Part shown: in pieces, positions 14,913 to 27,499 of the stretch
How positions within the stretch are numbered: the stretch's first letter is position 1
Layout of the letters: every line of letters starts with the position of its first letter
Assembly: GCA_012295275.1 (NCBI GenBank)
Contig: CM022675.1
Span: 6,696,001 to 6,760,000, forward strand
Reading direction: 5' to 3'
Length of the DNA: 64,000 nt
Origin: Chrysomallon squamiferum
Lineage: Eukaryota; Animalia; Mollusca
The notes under the pieces: generated by a model
Database searches by the model: none
What the model saw: the letters and a program-made list of their open reading frames with translations, nothing else
Told to the model about the DNA's origin: nothing
Made by a program: the position numbers and the translations under genes

Positions 14913-16510
14913 TAATAGTAATAATACTACTAATAATAATAACAATAATAATAAAGGTTTGAAATCTATGACTATATTAGTATATAATTTCTAACCATTA
15001 TAATAACAGCAACATTAATTATTATTACAAAGATTTTTTTTTAAATAAATAATAAATAAAGGTTAAAATATTAATTGCAATTTTCTAAACTGAAAACAGT
15101 TGAAAAACACCTGCTTTCACCAAATACAGAACAAATTAATTAATTTTAAATACAAAAAGATGAATATTTTAGACTAAAATTAAATTTATAAAAGGATCCC
15201 GTTGAATACTTTACTAATTTAAATGTTGTAAGCCACTATTAACAATACGTAAAGACATCCAAAAGAGTAAAATCATTTTTTAAATGCATGCACTTTGTAA
15301 AATAAACAAGTGGCTTAAATACATTTAATATATCTAATATTTCAAATGCTTCATTTCTGTTTGGAAACTATTATTAATAAAACAGTGTAACAAGAAACAA
15401 AATAGCATTTCTGTAAATGAAGATTTGATAAACTTTATAATTATTAAACATTGGTTTAAATTTGTAAAATAATTCAATCCAACCATAATGGATATGTCTG
15501 AAAAAAAACAACCCAAAATAAAACAATATTAACAATCTAACTGCAGTTTACTTTAGACAAATTTTAACAGAAACAAACAACAACAACAAAAAAGCCCCCA
15601 TCCAAAACCTAACACACACACACTCATTACCTTATTTGGTCTGCTGGTATCACCTGAATCCTTACAGTTTACTGTCTCAGGATGTAATATTAGTCTGTTG
15701 CTATGGTTACTTAGTTGAGTATCAATCTGAAATAAGAATAAAACAATTGTGACAATGTAAAAAAGAAATTCAAATTTATTTTATACATGCATTTTATTTG
15801 TTGTACACTTACATATCTAATCATTCAGTGATTGTCTGATTAACTAGAATAATCTAAATTAGTATGTGTGATTTGCTTAGTAGTTACTGCAGTACATAAA
15901 TAAAAATAAAATAATAATAAAAGATAATAATTATGAATATATATATATTACATACCATATAGAAATAATAAATAATAAAATAAAATAATAAAAAGAGATG
16001 AGTTAAGATAAGATAAGATAAGATAAAAATATTCTGAAACCTTGTTACTGATGCCAACTGGAGAAAGAATCTTTGAAATTAAACTAGCAAAAATTGGTGA
16101 TGTCACAGAAAGCTTGTCTTCACCATTCTAAAAAAAAAAGGATAAAATAACTAATATTAAGTCACAAATACATAACAAATATTTATAATAAAAGTATAAT
16201 CGTGGCAGGAAAAAAAAAAAAAAAAAAAAAAAATAATAATAATAATAATAATAAAAATAAAAATAAAAAAAAAATAGTCTTTCAAACAGTTTTCTCTACC
16301 ATTTTATATTTCCAATAATTAATTCTGTTCATTAAATTATTTTAAGTCTTGTGTTTAAAACAGTGTCATACAAAAATCAAGGCACAGCATAAAGAAAACA
16401 AATTTTCAGGAATTTATAAAAACAATTACACTTACTTTGCTACTTCCACCTGTGAGAAGAAAGTAAAGCAGCAAGATTGTTGAAAATAGGAGTTTTCACA
16501 TCAACTTCAT

Positions 16511-16865
16511 AGATATCATCCTAAAATATAAATGTATACTTACACAAACTGTACAATTATTTATATAAAATATAGATATCATCCTAAAATATAAATATAT
16601 ACTTACACAAACTGTACAATTATTTGTATAAAATATAGATATCATCCTAAAATATAAATATATACTGACACAAACTGTACAATTATTTATATAAAATATA
16701 GATATCATCCTAAAATATAAATATATACTGACACAAACTGTATAGTTATTTATATAAAATATAGATATCATCCTAAAATATAAATATATATTGACACAAA
16801 CTATATAGATATCATCCTAAAATATTTATATATACTTACACAAACCATACAATTATTTACATAAA
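16511..16865. repeat. Minisatellite, 63-bp unit x ~5.5
   Basis: AGATATCATCCTAAAATATAAATATATACT(T/G)ACACAAACTGTACAATTATTT... at 16511, 16574, 16637, 16700, 16763 and 16807. Confidence 0.93.
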
Positions 16866-17131
16866 ATTATTTATATATAATTATTTTCACACACACACAC
16901 ACACACTGCATAAGGATAAACAATTCTGTTCTTTCACATGGTAATGATCAAAACACTGAATTCTTCTAACTGGTGTACAGCCAGATTAAGATTTCCCTTT
17001 TGAAAATATCACTACCTGTGTCTCTCTATATAAAAACACATGTACATGGAAAATCACACAACACTCTCCAATACCCCACTTCTCATGGCCTACCATATTA
17101 GACTAAAAAATAAAAATATATAATACATATA

Positions 17132-17631
17132 CAGTGGTACGTTGACTTACGAGTTTAATGCATTCCATGGCCAAGCTCATAACACAATTTGATCACATAT
17201 GAATCCATGACATTTTTTTGTAACAAGTTTTTAAATAAGAAATATTTATTTATAAATGTCAAATATTATATAAAATAAAAATAAAAAGAGAATGTAAAGA
17301 AAATAATTGTTATGTAAAGTGTATTTATCTTGGAGATCAGACATGAATATGCTTATGATCCACGGTCACAAAAAAAATCAATTAGCAAAATACTGCACAA
17401 AACACAACAGAGATGCTCCCATGGTGAGTTAACCACATGAAGTAAACAAGTGAGATGTGGGATGATGGGTGGATGTTGTGCTGTTTGTTGCACCAACAAG
17501 CGGTGGCATATCTTAAGCTCGCTCATAACTCAGATTTTGACTCGCAACTCAAAGCAAAAAAAAACAATAAAGCAACTGCTCGTAACTCGGAAACTCATAA
17601 GTTGGTGCACTCGTAAGTCGAGGTTCCACTG
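17132..17631. mobile_element. 500-bp non-autonomous Tc1/mariner-pogo (Tigger-like) MITE
   Basis: TIRs CAGTGGTACGTTGACTTACGAG / CTCGTAAGTCGAGGTTCCACTG (19/22 match), flanked by TA on both sides. Confidence 0.88.
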
Positions 17632-19379
17632 TATTTAGAAAATCCTATAACACTTCCTACCATCCCATTTATCATGGTCTACACCACACAGTATCAGCTG
17701 TGAGCAGAATGTGTCAGTTTGTAAATAAAAATATTTATTACCATAAAATCATCTTCTTGTTCAGTATCTTCAGCTGTTTCTTTCTCTGTTGTAGGATTTG
17801 AAGTTGTTGAGTGATCTGATTTTGGTTCTGACTGACCTGGCTTATTGGACTGTGCAGGAACTGAGTTTGGTTCTTGTTCACCTGTATCCTTCTATAAAAT
17901 AAATATAAATATAACAGTAAGTGTGAAAGATAAAACTATATCCTTCTATAAAATAGATATAAGTATAACAGTAAAACATAAAAGTGGAGAGGAGTGGATT
18001 AGGAAAAGGAATAGAGAAGAGCAAATTAAAAGTAAAATAAACTCAAAACTGAATAATAAAAAAAAAATAAATAAATAAAAAAATAAATAAAATAAAAATA
18101 AACATAAAAATAAATAAAATAAAAACAAAAATGAATAATAAAATAATAAAAATCAAAAATTAAAAAAAAATTAAAATAAAATAAAATAAAATAAAAAAAA
18201 ATAAAAATTAAAAAAAATAAAATAAAATAAAATAAAATAAAATAAAATAAAACAAAACGAAATGAAAGGAAAAAGAAGATAAATAATAAAATAAAATAAT
18301 TAGAATAGTCCAAAAAGCAGAAAAAAATAAATAAAATACAACTGAACATTTTATGTTTGTGAAGAAAGTACTGTCAACGAAGAATGTAAATAAACTAAGA
18401 CAATTTGTTGGGAAATATTTTGACATTCACAAAATATGTCTAAACAATTACAAACTGGATTTGTATTTATGGATACAGTAGAGAAAAAAAATGTGGATTG
18501 TGTTTGTCTGATGAATGGATAATATATTATTTTTATAATTTCAATTGTCCGACACCCAGAAAGATTACAAGAGTTAAATATCAGTGCTTTATTATCACAG
18601 TCCCAAATAGCTCTAACCATATAGCTTGAAGAATCACTGGCTTCTGAACCACATTCATCCATCTTGGAATCATCCTGAAAAAATGTGTAAAGACAATTTT
18701 ATAGTGCCATTTGCATAGACCTACTTAATTCAATCAAAAATACAACTACAATTTTCTTCATTATTCCCATATTTTGGCATAATTTTGTTTAACTTCTATT
18801 TTCTTAAATTTAAATTCATTTTTTTCGTTCTTTCTTTGTATATGAAAAAAGATGACACATTATTTTTGTACAGTTTAAACACTTTCACACATAAAATGTA
18901 AACAAATTGACTGGAGTCCTTTTTTCTTTTCTTTCTTTTCTTTTTTTTTGTTGCATTAATTAGTATTACTATTAGGATTAGTAACTGAACTGAAATATTG
19001 AACACACATTAATGCGGTTACAATATACAGACTACAACAAAAATACCGTTATCACTGAAGATTGGTTAAGAAATAATTTGAATAACTACCCTTGATATTT
19101 CACATTTTCTGACAGCTGATGACATATTTTTTATTATTTTTGAATGCAGGTATTTCACATTCCTATAGCACGTGTACGCAAAGAGTAACGTCCCTTGACT
19201 AAACAGACAGAAACTAGTCTATTTAAAAATTGAGTGGGGGCATGAGTAGCGCCGGAGGAGACTTCAAATTTTGGCAACTAACATGATGTACATATTTCGA
19301 ATTAGATGGTATAATGTCTGTAGAAAATGTCCGCTGAATTTTACAGCGGAATGGTTCAAATTAAAAAGCAGTGCAACAA

Positions 19380-21970
19380 CTTGGACACAGTCTTTGCGAC
19401 TCGTACCCGGTTTGATAAAGCCAGATGAAATGACTATTTCGTAAAAAGTACAAACAAAACATTAGACAGGGACTCCTTATGAGCGTTTAAAAGTTTGAAA
19501 AATTATAAATATTTCTCGGATGGATATGCGCAACGCCTTCTGTCAGAACCGTAAAAGACCATGCTATCTCTCGTGAATTTTTGTTTACTGCAGAGCACAG
19601 GTTATTGCATCGATGGGTAAAAAGGTATACGATGTCAGTGTGTGAATGAATAAATGAAGAAAGAGAAGTTCTAGGAGGATCATGCAAGTGTATAGCATGG
19701 TAAGTTTCTTTCAATTATTTATAATATTTTATTATTATTTATTGGAAACGCATGCATAAATATTGTAAATACCTGCATAAATATTGTAAATACCTCCCAC
19801 CCACTCAAAATCTGGGCACGTGTGTGTGTGCTGTATACTGAATGTATGTATGTATGTATATACAAAATTTGTTTACTGGAAACACATGCATGCATAAATA
19901 TTGTAAATATCCCCATGTCAAAATCAAGGCATAATTATGGATTTCAATATAGTATGTATTTATAAATATATGCTATACTGAAACAGACACATATGCCCTG
20001 ATTTTGACACACACAGTATAACTGAAAAACAACTTCTCAAAACATTCAGGTCCAGGTCAAGGGGTAGCAGGTGCCCTTCCCCCACATACGCACTACAAAC
20101 AGTGGCAGTAACTTGTTTGTTCAGCAAGACTTTGTAGTGATCATTTACAGCCAGAGTATTTACACCTTTGTACTCATATACTCACACAAACACCTACATA
20201 CTTGTACAAACCCTTCTAAGTATTTGTGACCCCAAGCAACAAACACCTGAACAGGTTGCAGTAAACTGAATAATTAAGAACATAATTGAAACTGTTTTTC
20301 TATGTAATTATCTGAACCATGTCATTAACTTCACACACAAATAATAAGGCTGACTAATCGTGATTAGAAACATGTTATTTAAAAAAAAAATTATACATCT
20401 GTTTTTGAGGTATTAAAGCATAAATACACTAATTTTAAATTATTTAGCATTTAAATAAATACATGGTTGCTGTAAATAATATAGTTACATATATATCACC
20501 ACACATGTATCACAAAAGAATTTATAAATTTTTTCAGGCAAGGTGAAGCATGTAACCATGTAGCTGCTTTGCTGTTTGCCTTAGAGAAGGATTATGTGGC
20601 ACAGGGACTGAACTGTATACCCGAAGGAAAAAAAAACATGTACAAAGACGTAACCAGACAGCAAAGTATTATGTGGAACCCAAACCTGTTGACAAAATTG
20701 TCATTTACAGGTGAGGCTATAACACACATGTATTTAAAATCTTTGAATGTTCATACTAGTTGAAAAAACTTGTAATTACTATGCAGATAAAGTCATTCTG
20801 AATTTAAATGCCAGTAAAAAAGTAACAAGTGACACATTACTGTGTGTGTGTTATTATATTTACATGTATATTGTGTTTGTATTTTTATGATTTGCATGTT
20901 TCTGTTACACATTAATTTACAAATGCACAAACTATATTTCAATAAGTGTGTAATCATAAGTCCTAAGAGTCCCTAATTCTTCAATATGTCTACAGTATGT
21001 CTGTTTATTAGAACATTATATACAACATATTAATTGAATATTATTTTTTTCAGACCACAACATAATAAACTAAAACCTCTGTCAACAAAAGACTACCAAG
21101 ATCCTCATCATACAGATGATCAAGTTTTGAACAGCAAGGAAAGGGAAGGTTTATGTAAAGCACCGTTTAAAACTGTACCAAACCATGGGTTTTGTAAGTA
21201 TGGAATTCCCACAAAGGAAGTCATACCTGTCACTGATATGGTAGATAACTGATTACAACCATTATTCTGTCATCCACCATTGAAATTGAAACTGCTTGTG
21301 AAACATTTCTAAAAACATAGGAACTTTCAGATGATGAAGATAGTGAAACTAAAACAAAAGAACAATCAATGTGTACTTTGTGACATAGTGTACAACAACA
21401 AAAAAAGAGGATTACTGCTTCAAATGCAGTAACAAACAGGAGAAATACTAAAGATCCATTTAATATTAAAGACTTCTCCAGTACACACATGGTACTAGTA
21501 CAAAGACAGTGGAATTTGGTTTGACAAAAGAAAATGATGCAGCCAGATGGTATAAGCTACACTTGGAAAAGACCTATCCTCGTGTTGTTGTGTCTGTAGT
21601 AAGCTTTAAAGTGTGTAAAGATTTCCTTTTTTTAGGATCTTCAGCTGATAGAATGTCAGTTTTCAATAGGTTACTAGTTGAAGTGAAAATCCACATTCAA
21701 CCTGGGATACACCAAAATTTATCGACACTACAAAAACCTTGCCATGTTTGGTTACAGATGAAAATAATTAAGTTGTTAAACAAAAAAACATGTGTACCAC
21801 ACACAGATTCAAGGACATATATGGCCATATATGGCATTCATGAATGTTTTAACTATTTTCAGATGTATAATCAATCATTTGATCTTCATACATTACATAT
21901 TCCATTTTTGTTTCCATTTTTGCTGATACTTGTCATGCTTTATGTAATAAAATCTGTGTGCTGTTTTTAA
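19380..21970 (+). pseudogene. Intron-containing SWIM zinc finger + YqaJ-like (lambda exonuclease family) pseudogene
   Basis: 'SL*AFKSLKNYKYFSDGY' (~19475-19530); SWIM split by intron 19700-20537: 'SCKCIA|W-QGEACNHVAALLFALE'; second intron 20711-21053; YqaJ motifs 'TKEQSMCTL*H..KRITASN', 'FGLTKENDAARWY', 'FLGSSADR..LVEVK', 'TQIQGH/MAIYGIHEC'; many stops and frameshifts. Confidence 0.85.
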
Positions 21971-22019
21971 ATTTGTTTATGTTTTGTTATTTTAGAATAT
22001 GAATGTATTACTGACTGTC

Positions 22020-22400
22020 CTAATATTTTGTGGTAGCCCATCGTTTGGGAACTTTTCTTTCCTCCATCAGTAATGCCAGTGGTATATATTTTATTTTCTG
22101 TTTGATTCTCCTGGGCCTTTTCACTCCAAATTTTAAAACTAAGGGAACCAAAGTAAGAGTTAAACTGCATAAAGGTGATAGTATTTTGTCTGAATATCTG
22201 GTTTTCCATTCCATTAAAAAAAAAAAAAAAAAAAAAAAAATTAAATGGGGTGATACAGAAAAAATGTTTGGCTACAGATAAAAAAAAATAATAATAATAA
22301 TTTTAGTTTTCCAATAAAGCTATGTAAAATGTTTAAATCTACACTTGTAAACTATGCTGAAAGTGATGATGTTAATACCAGTGTCCCTATCACATTTCAC
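22020..22400 (-). pseudogene. Decayed second exon of the transposase (HTH region; DDE core mostly deleted)
   Basis: Acceptor aatag| at 22401/22400; 'FSIVYKCRFKHFT*L', 'YL*PN', 'KILSPLCSLTLTLV..FGV' and 'IKY/TGITDGG' resemble Harbinger/ISL2EU transposase motifs, with stops and frameshifts. Confidence 0.55.
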
Positions 22401-22469
22401 CTATTTAATATAAAAAAAAGATGGTGTTTGTGTTATGTATGTGTGTGTTACTGTTACACTGTATGACAC

Positions 22470-22536
<67 letters not shown>

Positions 22537-22540
22537 TTAC

Positions 22541-22996
22541 CTTGCCACTCTCATCACACTCACAAACAACTTCATTTCCAATCTCAGGAATCTCGAACAC
22601 AGACAGATTTTTCTCGCTACTTTTATTTTGTTCCGTAACGCACAGATGACGTCGTTCGCATTTTTGGACTAAATTCGACGTTGCCTTTCTCTTCCTACTT
22701 CTTGTTGTTGTTGTTGTTGTTGTTATCCTAGACACTGTGGCAAATTCCCGTCCCATGTTCACGGTGGGCACGTAGTCCACATGGTTCTTGTCGTTCACGG
22801 GCTTCCCACCTACAAAATGTGCCGAACAAATTCTCGAGTGTGAAGTAACATTGAAATATTTTTCGCTTCCATGTGAAGCGATTACCCACAGACGTTTCCG
22901 ATGTGCATTGGCTGGATATCGGTGGAAGGAGAACGAATTTCCCGGACCTCTGCGGTTGGAACAGTTAATGACTGAACAATGGTCATGGCCTCCCAT
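22541..22996 (-). CDS. THAP zinc-finger exon (152 aa, open), N-terminus of the transposase
   Basis: MGGHDHCSVINCSN...FHRYP...RKRLW...SRICSAHF...DYVPTV is a complete C2CH THAP signature with an AVPTIF-like box; basic RSRKRK; donor AAG|GTAAGA at 22541/22540. Confidence 0.88.
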
Positions 22997-23541
22997 TGCT
23001 TCTGCCCCTCAGTTTGCAAGTATGGCTGGATTTGGCGAGATCTTACGAGATCTCGCGATTTGCGTCCTCGAATTACCCAGCAACGTGCACATGCGCAGTG
23101 GAATGGGAAAGACGTCTGTTGCAAGATACTACTGTGTTACGGCTATTATGTCATCAGGTAGTCATTATTTGTCTCTAAGCCAGACGAAGAGACATGAAGA
23201 TATTGCCGTTGTTTACCATGAAACTTAAAGAATGTTTTTTTGTTTCTTTCTTCTGTTACGTTTTCTCCTTTCAATTTGTTTTTACACTTTTTTCCTTCGT
23301 TGCCTTTTTTTTTTTTTTTTTTTATTTCTTCCGTTCTTTCTTTTTTTTTTCTTCTATTCTTCCCTTGTTGTTGTTGTTTTGTGGGGGGGTTGTAGTTTTT
23401 GCTTTTGTTTGTTTTGTTGTTGGGGTGTTCTTTTGTTTGTTGAAGTTGTTTTATTCTTCTTTTTTCTTCTTTTTTTTTTAAATTCTTGGAGCGATTTTTC
23501 GTTCTTTCGCACTGCACTTTAGAAATAATTAATTAAAAAGC

Positions 23542-23593
<52 letters not shown>

Positions 23594-24768
23594 CGTACGA
23601 CAATTTTACGCACGTTTAAGGCAATTTAGACCTACGATTCAGATACCAGCTTAAACGAGAACTGCAACCGAGTGCAAGCTCAGAACCGCGAATCGATGAC
23701 TCGATATGAGATTTAAGGGAGAATATTCTTGTTCGACTAAGCTTGGCAGAAATGCCTCCCGTCTCATATGCATTTTATTAAAAATTTAGTATTAATTTTT
23801 TTATTGATTTCTCTACGCATTTTTTTATATTGTTGTTATAGTAGAAAGATAAATAAATAAATGAATACTTGAGATAAAAAAAAAAAAAAAAGAAGAGAAA
23901 ATAATGTTATTTAATAATATTCTACAGCAAATTTCATGTTTAAAGACTTAGTCTGTTTTAACTTTTACTATTTCTGAAAACTAAATTATAATAAATCGTA
24001 ATAGCTTTAATCCAGTTTTGTTTTAAATACTTTTTTAATTCAGCCACATTAGGCTGTAAAATCAAGTGAATGTCCTATTTCCCCACTATTAGAGATTAAT
24101 ACTTCTGTAATTCTGTTTAAGTAAAATGAAAATGATTCCAAATCAGAATATACCAAATTTAGCTTGCATTTATTTTCAAATATATAAAGGAAATTATTTT
24201 TTATTTACTCATCAGCTTCTAGCTAGAACGTTTTTTTTTTTTTTTTTTTTTTTTTTTTCAAATGCATGTTTTGATTAAACCATATTGAACATTACAACAA
24301 AAAAACAAACAAATAAATAAATAAATAATAATAATAATATGTCTCAAGTGGTCCCATGTATTTTCAACAAGAGGATTGTTTGTAATGAAAAATAAATTCA
24401 ACAGACAACTGATAACAAACCATTTACAAATGTGATAAATATGATTTATTTCAAAATATGCTTTATAACAAAAATATGGATGTTTGTACATAGTGTATAG
24501 TTCCTATAACAACACAGTTTTCATTACAAATGTATATTTTTATAACAAAGATAACAGAGATACCTGAACAAATAGATAGATATAAAACAGAATGGGATAA
24601 CAGCATTATGAAGAGAGAGTAATGTGTTTGTGTGCAAGTGCATGCATGTACGATTCTTTCAATCTCCCAATACCTTATTAAAAACCAGTTTGTTACAATT
24701 TCATTTGGACTCTGACATAAAATATAAAATTGTGTATTGTATCAATCAATACACCTTCAGTAAGAAAG

Positions 24769-24809
<41 letters not shown>

Positions 24810-24982
24810 TATCTATGCTATGTATCTGTAATATGCAAAAACCCTATCCCTCCCCTGCAACACATATTATTAGATTGGCCCCTTAGTAAATATGTAACAT
24901 TCTGAAAAATGAACCCCCTTTCTCTTGCACATCCTTAACTTGTTATGCTAAAGATCCCTTCCATATCATCTTTTTTTATTTA

Positions 24983-25018
<36 letters not shown>

Positions 25019-26894
25019 TTGCAGCATGTTTTAAGGCCTCTAAAATTTTGAATACTGAATTTTAAAAGCAGCTTGATTAGATACACAGTTCAATAAAAGT
25101 GTGAGGATAAAAAGATAGAGTATGATGTGTAGATAGTTCTTTTAAATTACTGGATTCAAGAAATGTTTAATAAATTGTTTAAAGCATATATTTCTGTCCG
25201 TGCCCTCAAATAATAAAAAATAATAATAATAATAATTATAAATAAATAAAGGAATTGTAATATTTCACTCAAAACATTATTTAAGAATTTTAAAAACTTA
25301 TTTACATTTTCTAATGTGGGCTCTTTTTCAACTCAAAAAGATTATTTTTGACTGAATTTCACATGATACACAAGCAATCTATGTAAGCATATTAATTTCT
25401 GAAAAATATGTAAGTAGAAATATTCCAGATGAAATATTCTCAGATTAAATAGAGTTCATAAAACTGCACAAAACAATATACATCTAACAAAATTATCTTC
25501 AATTAAACTTGTGCGTAGAATTTTTTTTTATTTAAAGCACTTTTTGTGTGTGTTTGTCATGCATACATTTTAGAAGTAAAGCATTTACCAACATCTATAC
25601 CAGTTCTTGTTATTTTCTTTCAGTTAGAACTGAAATCAATACCTATGTACATTTATTTCAGAAACATTAACTGGAAGCCTGTGATTACGTTTACTGTTTC
25701 TTGAACTTACTTTTAAAGTCTTCAAATTCAGTACACAACACATAAATACCAGATAGACACAAATCTTTGAAATTTTTTTTTTTAATTTTTTTTCATTTCA
25801 TTTTTATTCAGTTTATTGTAATCTAATAATAAACAGCTTAATTAAATACTGTTTAAATGGAAGGCCACAGTTGGATATTTTATTCATCAAGAAATTTAAA
25901 TTTTTAAAAATATAAATAATACATCAATACATATAAGTTTGTTGATCTTCAAGCTTTTGATGAGGGAAAATGTCTTCTTTTTAAAAAAAACAAAAACATT
26001 AATAGAATCTGTACTAAATATGTATTGTATCAGAAAGTATTATATCAATTTTATAATGAATTCCTATGTTATCAAATAAAAATTAAAAGTGTAACCTAAA
26101 ACTATGTAAAAACAAACTTTGGTCAGTTTGTTTGATAATATATATATACATATTTTTTTTTTTTTTTAAAGTTAAGTTGTTTTGTTTTTCCCAAACACCA
26201 AATGAGAAATAATAAATATTTTGTGATAAAGCTGATGTCAGAAATACTGATCATAAATAATTTGTATTGTTAAACAAAACAAAATTTTAACATAAGACAA
26301 TATTGAAAAATATTGTTTTTATCCCAACACTATGTGAAAAATACCAAATATTTTAATGTGTGGTGAAGCTTATAATAGAAAAAAAAAATTAAAAAAAAAT
26401 TATCTATGAACTAATTTTCTCCATTAGCTGAGGTAGGAGACTACCTGGACAACTACAACAACTACAACGACTCTACAGAAGAAGCTGTGTGACACAAGAA
26501 GTGATCTACAGAGAACAGAGTCATTCATAGTCACAGCTGCCTTGACATGTAGTCAACAAGTGAATGAAAAAAAAAAAAAATAATAATTGTCTCCATTAAA
26601 TAATAGAAAATTAACTCAAAATATTTTGTTAAAAAAAAAATTTACCTGGTTTTATCCAAGGTATGGAATAACAAACATTTGGTGTTAAAACTGATGACTG
26701 AAATCTTACCAAAGAACTTTTATGTGATTAATACAAACATACGTTCTACTGGTTTCTGTGTCAGAATATTCAAATATCTGATCATTTAGCCATTGCCATG
26801 GATACTAATTAATCAGTAAGATATGGGTCATGAAATAAAAAAAAATATTAAATTAAATAGTAATATATGGGTCATGAAATAAAACAAATTTAAA

Positions 26895-27140
26895 TTAAGA
26901 TTAAGACAGAATTAACAAATATAAAGCTTGTCACAGAAAAGTTATGTATAAAGTTCATTTTGTTAAACAAAACAAACCTAAAATTAAGAGAAAATTAAAT
27001 TACATAAAGCTTATCATAGAAATCTGATCAATAAAGTTTGTTTCATTAAATACAAAACAAACTGAAGACTAAAACAAAATTAACAAATGTAAACATTCGT
27101 GACAGAAAACTGATAAATAAAAGTTTGTTTAATTAAATAA
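26895..27140. repeat. Degenerate ~80-bp tandem repeat x ~3
   Basis: Recurring 'aattaacaaatataaagcttgtcacagaaa...ataaagtttgttt...taaa' blocks. Confidence 0.6.
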
Positions 27141-27499
27141 ACTAAATTTACAAGTTCGTGCCTGAATGAATAATTCTTTGTTAATTAATAATTAATTAAC
27201 AATTAACAATTGTTTGTTCATCATGTAAAACAAATTAATGTTTTCTTGCTGTTTTGTTACACAAATAATTAACATGTATTAGCCTAGAACAGAAAACAGA
27301 TCTGAATTTTAACATTAACTGAACCAAACAATACAATACTATATATAAACAAAAAATCCAGTATACTGATAGAAAACTGATGAGATCTCAATGTGAAATA
27401 AAACAAATGTTAAGATACCAGGAATAAAAAATAAATGTTTGACATCAAACAGTCTTTACAGAAAATTAGTGCTGTAGTAAAATAATAACAACAACAATA

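Larger units (their letters stand above)
14599..19166 (-). pseudogene. Multi-exon gene or pseudogene of unknown function (exons ~19166-19047, 18674-18618, 17891-17742, 16520-16436, 16127-16041, 15726-15631, 14733-~14599)
   Basis: Series of AG/GT-bounded phase-0 exons with open frames (57, 150, 87 and 96 nt) encoding acidic/Ser-rich sequence. The 85-nt exon at 16436-16520 is frameshifted and the 19047-19166 segment contains stops. No family recognised. Confidence 0.55.
19167..23144. mobile_element. Degenerate ISL2EU-type (PIF/Harbinger-related) DNA transposon: THAP-HTH transposase remnant (-) and convergent SWIM-YqaJ exonuclease remnant (+)
   Basis: The domain combination is characteristic of ISL2EU. 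Candidate ends are AGCACGTGTAC at 19167 and ...GTTACGGCT at 23144 (reverse complement AGCCGTAAC), a weak TIR, each flanked by AT (19165-66, 23145-46). The boundaries are less certain than the content. Confidence 0.75.

Noticed and set aside
18351-18662. 103-aa ORF as a standalone gene
   Set aside because: Only 18618-18674 looks exonic (ATG|GTTAGA donor); the remainder is AT-rich and intron-like
22788-23228. 146-aa plus-strand ORF
   Set aside because: Antisense shadow of the GC-richer THAP exon and its promoter; non-ATG start and no motif
26428-26492. Possible plus-strand terminal exon (EVGDYLDNYNNYNDSTEEAV*)
   Set aside because: Isolated, with no partner exons or recognisable motif
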